Source: a virus (lineage: Duplodnaviria > Caudoviricetes). Taken from it: 52,062 nt of DNA. Of the stretch, positions 43,990-52,062 are shown in pieces. How positions within the stretch are numbered: the first letter of the stretch is position 1; every line of letters begins with the position of its first letter. Made by a program: the position numbers and the translations under genes. The notes beneath the pieces were generated by a model that was not told the origin of the DNA, made no database searches, and worked only from the letters and a program-made list of their open reading frames with translations. The DNA lies in the IMG/VR virus record IMGVR_UViG_3300031576_000061, positions 1 to 52,062 of that record, one strand, 5' to 3'.

Positions 43990-44871
43990 CCTCCAGGCTC
44001 GATCGAAGGTTGCGTGGGTCCCACCAGTCAGCTCCCAGGCTACCTTGGCCTCGGTGTAGCTGGCAGCCGGGTGCTGTTGGATGAAGGTCAGGGCCTTAGC
44101 GACGCTGGGCCCAGTGACGACCCCACCAGTAGCCATCCAGACGCCACAGGGCTCCTGGGCGAGGGCTAACGGCGCTTGGCTGGCCCCAAGCCGCCCTTCC
44201 CACTCCAACGCCCCCTGGCTGCATTGTGTGCGTCTGAGGAGGATGTTCTGGTCAGTGTCGCCACCTTGGAAGTTGGATCCGCGGCCCGCCATACTGGGCG
44301 TATGGGACCCGGCTCCGGGCATGAGGTTGGGCTTGGCGGTGTGTCCAACAATCAAGATCGCCCGGCGGTCCCTGAGGTGGTCGAGCGCCGCGAAGATCTC
44401 AGCCATGTCCTGTTGGAGGTTCTCGTTCCGGTTGTGGATCTTGGCTAAGACATCAATCACGATCAGGATAGGGTTCACAGCGGCGATCTGGCTAGCCATC
44501 CAGTTGAAGTGGGTAGTGTTGAAGATGTTGACCCGACTTGGAGTATGGCGATCAAAAGGGTCGGAGAAGTACAGCCCGTGCTGTCCGTCGATGAGGAAGC
44601 CGTGGTGCTGAATATCCAGGAGGCGCTTCTTCCACAGTCCCGGCGGGGTGTCAAGCTGGAAGTACATGACCGGCCCTGCAGCCGTGACAGGCTTACCCAG
44701 GAACGTACTCCCGTCAGCGACCGCTTGGGCCATCTGTAAGGCGAGGAATGACTTACCCACTTTTGGTGCCCCATTGAGGGCGACCTTACCACCAACCGGA
44801 AGGAAATCAGGGATGATTTCGGCGATGCTGAGGTTTGGCATCAAAACGAAGTCGTTTGAGCGGATGGGCAT
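43948..44871 (-). CDS. AAA_25 / RepA-type (SF4-like) helicase
   Basis: Walker A GAPKVGKS, VMYFQLD, LIVIDVL, IVGHTAK, GRGS. Confidence 0.85.
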   Translation of the reverse strand: MPIRSNDFVLMPNLSIAEIIPDFLPVGGKVALNGAPKVGKSFLALQMAQAVADGSTFLGKPVTAAGPVMYFQLDTPPGLWKKRLLDIQHHGFLIDGQHGLYFSDPFDRHTPSRVNIFNTTHFNWMASQIAAVNPILIVIDVLAKIHNRNENLQQDMAEIFAALDHLRDRRAILIVGHTAKPNLMPGAGSHTPSMAGRGSNFQGGDTDQNILLRRTQCSQGALEWEGRLGASQAPLALAQEPCGVWMATGGVVTGPSVAKALTFIQQHPAASYTEAKVAWELTGGTHATFDRAWRLRPQSSIPSGILH

Positions 44872-44923
44872 AGTGTTCCCCAATCACACTGGTATAAACC
44901 GCTACACAGGGGAACATGCTGCC

Positions 44924-45121
44924 TCATCGGGATAGGTGAGTCACCTGCTTAAGGAGCAACGTTCGACCCTCACCGAAGCCTGTGTACACGGCGATAGCTG
45001 GCCCAGTGCGTAACTGTGGCCGGACGATCATGAACCACACGTTGGTCGTGTTGGGGTCAGCGTCGTAGGCCCCAGCTAATGTCCCGGTTCTCGTGACGGT
45101 CATTTGACGAGGTATAGCCAT
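44924..45121 (-). CDS. Hypothetical protein
   Basis: Packed ORF; start uncertain. Confidence 0.45.
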   Translation of the reverse strand: MAIPRQMTVTRTGTLAGAYDADPNTTNVWFMIVRPQLRTGPAIAVYTGFGEGRTLLLKQVTHLSR

Positions 45122-45257
45122 AACGAACGGCCATCCACAAACCAGGAATACTGCGGTCCCACCCAGTTGTAATCACTCCGGTACAGGGAGGCGTCGCTCG
45201 TGGGGCTCGCGAACTTCCGTACTGGCACTGATCCTTGATCGCGACAGCGTATGAGCG

Positions 45258-45848
45258 TCACGACAGCGTTCTCCACTCCTTCAACCGCTGTTGGAGCACC
45301 TTGACCCCCGCCCTTAAGCGCTTGCGTGTCGTCCGTGTGGACAGGCCACGCTGGCGCGCCACGTCCTTCAGATACTGCCCTTCGACCAGGATCGCCAGGA
45401 CAAGCTCGCGTGCCTCGGGCTCCAAGGCTTGGACGGCGCGCTGCACGTCGGCGTCACGGAGTGTGGACGCCTCGTCACCGCGTGACAGCGGGTTGTTCCA
45501 AGAGAGCGCTTCGAACTCCTCTTGCGCCTCGTCGTCGTCGGCCTCGTGTAACGGGCCATGAACGTGGTCGTGGATCAGCCCCTCGTAGCCACCCTCTTGT
45601 AAGCCTGCGGCGCGCCGACGCCCACGCTTCTGGATGTACTCACGGCAGAGGTAGTACATCCGCCCGATGGCATAGGCCCGGGGGTTCTGATTTGTGTCAA
45701 GCGTCTGGCGCATCTCCCAGATCAAGAGGCTATGCTGTTGAACGAGATCCTCCACGGTCTCCGCGTCGCGGGTGTAGTACCGCTTCGCGATCTTCGTGAC
45801 GGCTGGACGTATGGCGGCTAGCAAGGTCTCGGTCTCCTGGTCGGTCAT
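45258..45848 (-). CDS. RNA polymerase sigma-70 family (ECF-like) sigma factor
   Basis: Region 2 IAKRY...VEDLVQ; region 4 AVQALEPEARELV...EGQYLKDVARQRGLSTRT..KRLR. Confidence 0.85.
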   Translation of the reverse strand: MTDQETETLLAAIRPAVTKIAKRYYTRDAETVEDLVQQHSLLIWEMRQTLDTNQNPRAYAIGRMYYLCREYIQKRGRRRAAGLQEGGYEGLIHDHVHGPLHEADDDEAQEEFEALSWNNPLSRGDEASTLRDADVQRAVQALEPEARELVLAILVEGQYLKDVARQRGLSTRTTRKRLRAGVKVLQQRLKEWRTLS

Positions 45849-46128
45849 CCTGGCCTTCTCGGGAACGTCCACGGCGCGCAAGAATCCACCGTGTCAAGTC
45901 ACCGTCAATCACGTCGATCGTGCACTGCTTACCCGCCGGAGCCATACTACTCCGGCGTCACTCGGGGGATGCTCATACGGGGTCCTGCAACGTTGTTGTA
46001 CCCCCACGTGATCCACTGGTAGTCGTCAGGTTGGCTCGACGGTGTCAATGGGAAATTACACCACACGCTAAACCCCGCTGCGTCTTCTGGCTCATTGTAA
46101 TAACTGTCATGTGGGCTACGGGTTAACG

Positions 46129-47307
46129 TCATGGGTGTGACGGCTTCAGCCCCAACTGCAGGGCCATGTCTATTGATCGGAGCGAGTGGGCGGTGTGGTC
46201 TGGCGTATACACCCATGCGATGGGGCAGGTCGACAACACGGCGTCCTTGTCGAAGTTCTCGCCATCCGTGATGTTCACGAGGAAATGTGCGCCCAATGCG
46301 TCGGCGTGGCGGAAGACCAGGTTGAAGAGCGTCCCACCGCCAGTCGGGGACCCCGTTGCAGGGATGGTCCTCCCCTTAAAGAGGATGGTATCTGCATAGA
46401 CCACCACGCGAAGCCGATACCGCTGACTGAGCATCGTGGCGGCGGCGATGAACGACTCCCAGTAGGCGCAGGTACTCCCGGAGACATCAATCGCGATCAG
46501 CACGAGCGGACCGTACGCTTGACGGCTCCCCGCGACACCCTCGGTGCGCCCTTGACGGTACCACCCACGCGTTCGGCGGTAGTCCCCATGGATCGAGTGG
46601 CCTCGAAGGCGGTTGAGGATGGCAGCCAGCCACTCACAGGGAATGACCGCCTGTCCACCCTTCGTGTGTTCGCGGTGACTCCCGGTCGGTGACGCCCCGG
46701 CGAGCAAGTCCCTCAGCCGCTTACGCAGGTGGTCCGGCAACTTCGAGTCGTTGATGGCCTCTTGGATACGGTTAATCGTGACAAGCTGTTGGAGGGTCGC
46801 ATTTGCGCGGCCTTCAGGCGTCAACTCATCCGGGATGGACAGTTGATCTTGCGTGGTAATGCTCATCCTGATCTGTGTCCCTTCCATTGCTTTCACCAGG
46901 GCATCGTAGTACACACGCGGCCCCACGAGCTGTGGGGGTAAGTTCGGAAGGAGTTCGCTCAGCGTCGTACAGGTGACACCCCCGAGTGACGCCACGAGTT
47001 CCTCCGGCCACGCTTGGTTGATCCAGGCGTCCGCGGCGATGTTCCACAACACAGGGTCCAGCTTATGGAGCACGGCATACGGCAGGTGTCCATGAGCCAA
47101 GTGCATCAGCTCATGAATGACAATCATCTGCTTTTGGTCCGGTGTGCTGGTCGCAAACTTCTTCTCGTTGATCCTAATCGTGTAGACGCCATCCGGGCTC
47201 AGGCTCAGTGCGGCGCGATAGGGTCCCTCAAGCGGTTGCCGCCGCAGTCCTCCAAGGAGGTGCCCGATCTTATTGGGGATATGAAGCTTCGTCAAGTCTG
47301 CGTTCAT
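46129..47307 (-). CDS. HExxH metallopeptidase plus VWA domain protein (DUF2201-like)
   Basis: IHELMHLAHGH, WNIAADAWIN; MIDAS DVSGS, GGGT.F, ITDGE. Confidence 0.88.
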   Translation of the reverse strand: MNADLTKLHIPNKIGHLLGGLRRQPLEGPYRAALSLSPDGVYTIRINEKKFATSTPDQKQMIVIHELMHLAHGHLPYAVLHKLDPVLWNIAADAWINQAWPEELVASLGGVTCTTLSELLPNLPPQLVGPRVYYDALVKAMEGTQIRMSITTQDQLSIPDELTPEGRANATLQQLVTINRIQEAINDSKLPDHLRKRLRDLLAGASPTGSHREHTKGGQAVIPCEWLAAILNRLRGHSIHGDYRRTRGWYRQGRTEGVAGSRQAYGPLVLIAIDVSGSTCAYWESFIAAATMLSQRYRLRVVVYADTILFKGRTIPATGSPTGGGTLFNLVFRHADALGAHFLVNITDGENFDKDAVLSTCPIAWVYTPDHTAHSLRSIDMALQLGLKPSHP

Positions 47308-48437
47308 ATGGCCGCCGTGTTCTCGGTGGGGAGCATCTTCGGCTTGAGCGTGGGGGCCAGCAGCACGGCTGCGTCTGCAGCCTTCCGTGCGTCAGCGCCA
47401 TCGTTGTACTCTTTAATCAACCCGATCATCAACGAGTGGAACTCCTCATCACTTGTCCCTGGGAGGATCTCAACCGTGTCACCCTGATTCGGGGCTGCGT
47501 GCTCCAGAGCCTTAAAGAAGTTGTCCATGAACCGGTAGCGGTGCTCGTCGGTGCTATGCAGGTCCATGAACACGCGCCGAAAGGCCGCCTCAAAGTGTTT
47601 CAGTTCCTTCAGATTGAGCATGAGAACGCCGCTCGCCTCACACAGGCTGTGGACATCCAGCGCGTCAATCGTCTGAAGGGGATGGTACTGAATTGCCGCG
47701 TGAATGTCAATCCAACTTGAGCTACCCAGCTCATTGAGCAGGTTATCCGCATCGCCACTGGCGAGCACTCCGCGGATGACCGTCTCGCGCTCCTCCGCAC
47801 TGAGCTGAAACCCCGCGTGTTTGAGGAACATGATCGTCCGTGTGATGTTCCGGCTGTTCGCCTCGACCACTGGCAACACTTCTGCGTAGGGCGTTGTCTT
47901 CAACCAGGCGAGCGGAAGCTTCACCTGGTTTCGCACGTACTCCCAGTCATTCGTGATTGGAAGGAAGACACACCGTGCTGACAGGGCCTCGTTGGTCTTG
48001 TCAGTCAACCAGCTTTCCGCGTGGATCGTCTGGCCCGCCGCGATCATCACCGTGCCGGGGTGGAATCGCTCGCCGCGCACCTCACGATCAGAGAGGGCGG
48101 TCAACACGGTCGCATGCACTTCCGGTCGCGCCTTATCCGCTTCGTCAAAGAACAGGACAACCGGGTTCTTAATAGCCCGCCGAAGATCACGCGTGAGCGC
48201 GAAGTCGGTGACGATCGTCTCACCGTCTACCGTGATACGTGGAATCCCGCCGATATCCTCCGGGAGATGCTGCATGAGCAGCAGCCGTACGACAGGCAGG
48301 CCCAAGCGCTTGGCGAGGGCGACCACCCGTTGCGTCTTCCCCACACCAGTCTTCCCGATCAACCAGGGGATGAGCGCTTCATGAGCGGGGTTCTGTTGAT
48401 AGGTCGCGAGCAGGTCGAGAATGTTCTCGGTATACAT
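47304..48437 (-). CDS. MoxR-like AAA+ ATPase
   Basis: GKTGVGKT, PEDIGGIP, VLFFDEADKA, EALSARC. Confidence 0.88.
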   Translation of the reverse strand: MYTENILDLLATYQQNPAHEALIPWLIGKTGVGKTQRVVALAKRLGLPVVRLLLMQHLPEDIGGIPRITVDGETIVTDFALTRDLRRAIKNPVVLFFDEADKARPEVHATVLTALSDREVRGERFHPGTVMIAAGQTIHAESWLTDKTNEALSARCVFLPITNDWEYVRNQVKLPLAWLKTTPYAEVLPVVEANSRNITRTIMFLKHAGFQLSAEERETVIRGVLASGDADNLLNELGSSSWIDIHAAIQYHPLQTIDALDVHSLCEASGVLMLNLKELKHFEAAFRRVFMDLHSTDEHRYRFMDNFFKALEHAAPNQGDTVEILPGTSDEEFHSLMIGLIKEYNDGADARKAADAAVLLAPTLKPKMLPTENTAAI

Positions 48438-49094
48438 GCGTCCTCCCTTAATGTGACAGTGTCATACCGGCAGCCCTAAGGCAATACGAACAGCCTGCAC
48501 CTTTAGGATGAGTATACTATGTATCGCATAGATTTGCTTGGCGCGGTTGCCGGTCGCCTCGCGCCACGCGAAGTAGACTTGACGCTCGTGGTCGGTGGTC
48601 TGATCCAGGAAAGCATCAAGCGCCGTCATCATCGCGCCACCGCCAGCGAAACCCATGTACTGTGTGTGGCTTCCCACCAAGACCAGCTTACCGCGGTTGG
48701 AGTGGCCGTGAGGATCAGTTCGTTGTCCCCTGCGCGAAAGGACAGTGTTTGAGTATCAACCGTCCCGAAGACTCCAAACCACAGCGGCGTGATCCCACTC
48801 CTGGATAATATCATCGCGAGGAGCCCTGCATCCGCAACCACTTGCTCAGGTTCATGATGCGCCGATAGACAGGCCGCGCCTCGTCGCGTTGAGCCCAGCC
48901 CTTCAGGCCCTTAAGTTTAGCTTGTTTAGCGGTCATGTGGTTTCACCAAAGCAACGTACAACAAGCTCCATCCAAAGCTATCCGGCAAGGCATAGAGCCC
49001 GCCATACCACTTGACGAGAGTCAGTTGATACGAAAGCTGGTCCGTCTTCGAGACGGCACGGTAGACCCGTTCACCGACGTATTCGTAATGCATG

Positions 49095-49319
49095 TTACTT
49101 CTTTGAGGGAAGCACGGTCACGAAAACGCAGCGCTGCGTTTGCTGCGTGTCGTTTGGAGGAAGCGGCGGCTCTACGTGAGTGTCCTTGTTCTGCGCTTCT
49201 TTAATCGCCGTGTGGACCCTGACACACTCAGCCTGTGTAGCATACGCGTATTCCTCCGATAGGCCGATCCCCATTGAGCCGTCTGACATTATGATGAATA
49301 ACGCAATCATCCACATCAC
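49095..49319 (-). CDS. Small two-Cys protein, paralogue D
   Basis: MWMIALFIIMSDG...YATQAEC...EPPLP...RCV; GGGAGG RBS. Confidence 0.7.
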   Translation of the reverse strand: MMWMIALFIIMSDGSMGIGLSEEYAYATQAECVRVHTAIKEAQNKDTHVEPPLPPNDTQQTQRCVFVTVLPSKK

Positions 49320-49346
49320 ACACCTCCCTGTTACTCCTTCATGTCG

Positions 49347-49508
49347 TTAGAAACACGTGATGGTCGTCAGGCCTCCGTCTGTACAGATCGTGCACGTCTT
49401 GTACTGTCCGTTATCGAATATCACAATCGTCTGACACTGCGCGAGGGCGAGTCCTGGCATTACACTGAATAACCCAAAGAATAGCACAGCCATGAGTAAG
49501 GTACGCAT
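49347..49508 (-). CDS. Secreted four-Cys peptide (53 aa, not in ORF track)
   Basis: Signal peptide ending ALA, mature QCQTIVIFDNGQYKTCTICTDGGLTTITCF; AAGGGGG RBS. Confidence 0.7.
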   Translation of the reverse strand: MRTLLMAVLFFGLFSVMPGLALAQCQTIVIFDNGQYKTCTICTDGGLTTITCF

Positions 49509-49530
49509 CGTTTTACCCCCTTCTATAGTA

Positions 49531-49563
49531 CTATATAACTTAAGTTATAACTTAAGTATATAG
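49531..49563. promoter_or_regulatory. AT-rich palindrome (operator-like)
   Basis: Perfect 20-bp palindrome ACTTAAGTTATAACTTAAGT (49538-49557) extended by CTATAT/ATATAG. Confidence 0.65.
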
Positions 49564-49571
49564 CCGGTTAA

Positions 49572-49685
49572 CTACCGTGTCATGAACGCCACCAAGGCCA
49601 GCAAGAGCACGACCACGTAATCGGCTGGGCTGTGGGCATTCACAATCAAGTACGCCAGAACGGCGACAACAAAGATGGTGAGCAT
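49572..49685 (-). CDS. 37-aa membrane peptide
   Basis: MLTIFVVAVLAYLIV...VVVLLLALVAFMTR; GGAGG RBS, TAATG-coupled. Confidence 0.55.
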   Translation of the reverse strand: MLTIFVVAVLAYLIVNAHSPADYVVVLLLALVAFMTR

Positions 49686-49807
49686 TATACACCTCCATGG
49701 CCCAGTAACAAGGGCCTGAGCACGAGGGCAAAGAACACCTCGGCCAGGATGTACCCGACCACCATCCCAGCGAGTACAATCGCCAGCATGGTTACAATTT
49801 TCGCCAT
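49685..49807 (-). CDS. 40-aa membrane peptide
   Basis: MAKIVTMLAIVLAGMVVGYILAEVFFALVL...; TGATG-coupled. Confidence 0.55.
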   Translation of the reverse strand: MAKIVTMLAIVLAGMVVGYILAEVFFALVLRPLLLGHGGV

Positions 49808-50001
49808 CACTTCCCCCCTCGGATGTAGGTTGTGAGCCGCGCTATAATCCCCTCAACCTCCATGAACTCAACCTTGTCATTTCGAGCCCGTAAGTATACC
49901 AAGTAGCGCTCTAGGGCGTCAAGCACAATCTGTGCCTCAGGCCTGGTCAGCCGTGAGTACGGGCAGACCAGCGGGATGATCTGATCGGCAAAGGTGAACA
50001 T
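49807..50001 (-). CDS. Hypothetical protein
   Basis: Packed ORF; LTRPEAQIVLDALERY. Confidence 0.55.
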   Translation of the reverse strand: MFTFADQIIPLVCPYSRLTRPEAQIVLDALERYLVYLRARNDKVEFMEVEGIIARLTTYIRGGK

Positions 50002-50177
50002 CACTCGACCACCCCCGGCCATTCATTCATGAATTGTCGTGCTTCTTCGAGGTCAGACGCGCACAGGGAACATAGCGCGCCGGAATCCTTCACAGGTACG
50101 TGACACGTCGGACATTCAGGCTTCTGTAATTCGTCAAGGATATCAAACACTTTGGCGAGCATTTCAAACTGTTCCAT
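50001..50177 (-). CDS. Small Zn-finger protein
   Basis: AAGGAG RBS; CPTC...LCSLC. Confidence 0.6.
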   Translation of the reverse strand: MEQFEMLAKVFDILDELQKPECPTCHVPVKDSGALCSLCASDLEEARQFMNEWPGVVE

Positions 50178-50331
50178 GATCGTCTCCTTGTGGCTCATAG
50201 GAGTGAATGGGTTCGAGTGTTTCAAGGATAAACGTCCCGCAGGTGCAGGTCGAGACAGCGACACACGCGTTGAGACTCTGTAGTTGCTGCTCATGTGAGC
50301 CGCAGTTGAAACAGGCCGTGTCGGTTATCAT
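50164..50331 (-). CDS. Small Zn-ribbon protein (not in ORF track)
   Basis: MITDTACFNCGS...STCTCG; ATGA-coupled. Confidence 0.55.
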   Translation of the reverse strand: MITDTACFNCGSHEQQLQSLNACVAVSTCTCGTFILETLEPIHSYEPQGDDHGTV

Positions 50332-50573
50332 AGGACCCCCTTCCGGTTAAAGATGCGTCGTAACCCGCCTGGGCTATTACGTAACTCTTCCAAGAGCGTA
50401 TCGACGATGTTAGTCCGTGGCTCCAAGGGCTTCAAGGGAGGCCAGTACCGCGCGCCGCAATTGAGGCAATACATATTCCACGCGCGCTCGTCACTGTACT
50501 CGTGGTCGGCGCATAACTCGTGTACAAGCAGCCCCTGACAGCGGAGGCAAGCGTCTCGTTTGGTGGTCCTCAT
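50328..50573 (-). CDS. Small Zn-ribbon protein
   Basis: CLRCQGLL...YCLNCG. Confidence 0.65.
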   Translation of the reverse strand: MRTTKRDACLRCQGLLVHELCADHEYSDERAWNMYCLNCGARYWPPLKPLEPRTNIVDTLLEELRNSPGGLRRIFNRKGVL

Positions 50574-50633
50574 TTCTCGCACACGTGCGGTCGGATCATG
50601 GTCGCCACTTCTTCCTTACGCATAGTGACCCCC

Positions 50634-50819
50634 TTATATCCGAAACCTCACCTTCCCATCTCTCCAATCCTCATAGAACCAGCATATGACATCCGTGGAC
50701 TGCGCCCCATCGCATGGATAGACACGAAGGACTTCGGCTTGAAGCGTATCTCCATCCAAGATGAGCCGATAGTCTACACTCGCCCAGTCGTCACCTGTCC
50801 AGATTTCATGGTTCCACAT
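50634..50819 (-). CDS. Hypothetical protein
   Basis: GGGAG RBS. Confidence 0.55.
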   Translation of the reverse strand: MWNHEIWTGDDWASVDYRLILDGDTLQAEVLRVYPCDGAQSTDVICWFYEDWRDGKVRFRI

Positions 50820-50830
50820 GGTGTTTCTCC

Positions 50831-51130
50831 CTATAGCCTCGCATGTTCCAACACCTCCAATACCTCCGCTTTTGTCCGGTCGGGGTCATCATTCCATGTT
50901 GGCAAATAAACAACCCCAAGGATATCGCGGATCGCTTCGATTTTTCGAAAATATTCCTGCTTCGCCTTTTTAGAAAGGCCCACGCGTTTTCCCGCGCAAC
51001 TTGCCAAGACGGCCCCAACAATGCACCAGGACCACGCATCGTTACTTCGTGGTTTTGTCTCAATTCCTATGCTTGTTTTCGCGACGGCTCTTTGACACCA
51101 GCCCTTCTTAATGTAGTCGCTTGGTTTCAC
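50831..51130 (-). CDS. Conserved phage early protein (DUF6197-like)
   Basis: KKGWCQ...WCIVGAV...WNDDPDRTKAEVL. Confidence 0.7.
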   Translation of the reverse strand: MKPSDYIKKGWCQRAVAKTSIGIETKPRSNDAWSWCIVGAVLASCAGKRVGLSKKAKQEYFRKIEAIRDILGVVYLPTWNDDPDRTKAEVLEVLEHARL

Positions 51131-51303
51131 GTGCGTTTCCCTCCATGTGGCCCGTAGAGCCCAGCAATATAGTCAAGCCAGCGCCCGAGTTTATTTTTAG
51201 TGATTTTCATTTTACGCGGCATGGCCGCCTCCTTTGTTACCGTTTGAGCCCCCACGCAAAGAACCCCAAGAACAACGCGTGCATGGTCAGATAGAGATAC
51301 ATC

Positions 51304-51576
51304 TCACCCTCCTGTGTGGCCGCAACCGAGCTGCCCACATGAGCCACAATAGTCTTCTTCTGAGATCAAGGTAAGCTGGTCAGGGTCAACATAGTGTTGC
51401 CGATCGTCGCCCACCATCACAGCCACCAGCTTCCCGGTACGGCTCTCAAGGCCAGACTCTATGGTATCCTCGTCGGGCTCGGTTTGCCACCCCCACACAC
51501 GCCACGCCACGCCCTTGTAGCCTCTCACTGTATACGCGCCATCGTACTCTGGAGCATCTTCGTACGTCTGTGTCAT
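51304..51576 (-). CDS. First early gene, C-terminal CxxCG..GC.H
   Basis: GGGAG RBS; VMVGDDR...YCGSCGQLGCGH. Confidence 0.7.
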   Translation of the reverse strand: MTQTYEDAPEYDGAYTVRGYKGVAWRVWGWQTEPDEDTIESGLESRTGKLVAVMVGDDRQHYVDPDQLTLISEEDYCGSCGQLGCGHTGG

Positions 51577-51598
51577 GGTCTTTCTCCCTACTAGGTAC

Positions 51599-51626
51599 AG
51601 TCTACCTCAATCCTTCACCGTGTCAA
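51599..51626 (-). promoter_or_regulatory. Sigma-70-type early promoter
   Basis: TTGACA-N16-TAGACT on the - strand, about 20 nt upstream of the first early ORF. Confidence 0.7.
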
Positions 51627-51935
51627 GTGCTCGATACGCTAGGAAGAGATGCAACACTTGTGCCATTAGTTGGTTTGGCCTAACCTCTTGATCGTATTGA
51701 CAACACCACCCTGTGGATAGTGGAGGGCGTGTACAAATCTGTACAAGACTGTGTGATCTCTACCATACGTGAACGATATCACTAGCTTACACTGTGACAT
51801 GAATCACACAATCAACCCACTTGTGCCTCCCTACTACGCCACCCCCAGATGTTGTGTATCATTCCTCAGTTCGTCGTTTATACCAAACTGATTGGAGGGT
51901 TGTGTAGTTTATACCACACTTGCGGGGGTGAGGTG

Positions 51936-52062
51936 GGTACCCAACAACCTCTCGCGCACTTATCCCCAAGTTATACACAGTTAGACACCGTGGCACATTG
52001 CCACTACCGGTGGTGTAGATACAGGGTTGTATCCATATTGATGGGGCATTTCGCCACACTGT
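51936..52062. repeat. Terminal direct repeat, right copy
   Basis: Identical to 1-127. Confidence 0.9.

Noticed and set aside
44889-44917. Solitary type I-E CRISPR-repeat-like sequence (GTTCCCC-N5-AGCGG...ACC on the - strand) as an RNA anti-CRISPR
   Set aside because: Only about 16 of 29 positions match the E. coli repeat and the CCCC/GGGG hairpin is broken; single copy, no spacers.
45887-45899. 13-mer CACCGTGTCAAGT shared with the early promoter at 51616, upstream of the sigma gene
   Set aside because: No -10 element at the right spacing, it lies within a plausible ORF, and 13-mer repeats are expected by chance in 52 kb.
49531-49563. Protelomerase (telRL) site of a linear plasmid prophage
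   Set aside because: No protelomerase or partition genes recognised.
51936-52062. 127-bp terminal repeat as a biological direct terminal repeat
   Set aside because: Exact identity and a length equal to a common assembly k-mer point to a circular-contig overlap; real termini need read-end analysis.

Overview
The window is an apparently complete, circularly assembled tailed-phage genome of about 51,935 bp: bases 1-127 are repeated exactly at 51936-52062. Gene content suggests a podovirus-like Caudoviricetes phage, with no tape measure or sheath but an adaptor, a nozzle, two paralogous tail fibres and three ejection-protein-like genes. Two arms converge near 32,012 and diverge in a non-coding region of about 0.75 kb spanning the junction. 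The + arm (about 0.4-32 kb) encodes terminase, portal, scaffold and capsid; an accessory virion-decoration block (beta-helix protein, glycosyltransferase, acetyltransferase, LamG and Fn3 proteins, a 35-aa repeat protein); tail; internal proteins; and holin. The - arm (32-51.6 kb) encodes nucleotide-pool enzymes, an exonuclease, a LAGLIDADG endonuclease, a lysozyme/3D-domain/lipoprotein cluster, and a family A DNA polymerase with an N-terminal UDG-like domain split in two around a 70-aa gene. It also carries a Sak4-type recombination module, endonuclease VII, a RepA-type helicase, a sigma factor, a MoxR-VWA pair and many tiny early genes. I found no integrase, repressor, primase, tRNA, CRISPR array or reverse transcriptase. 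All functional calls come from motifs read by eye; no database searches were run.
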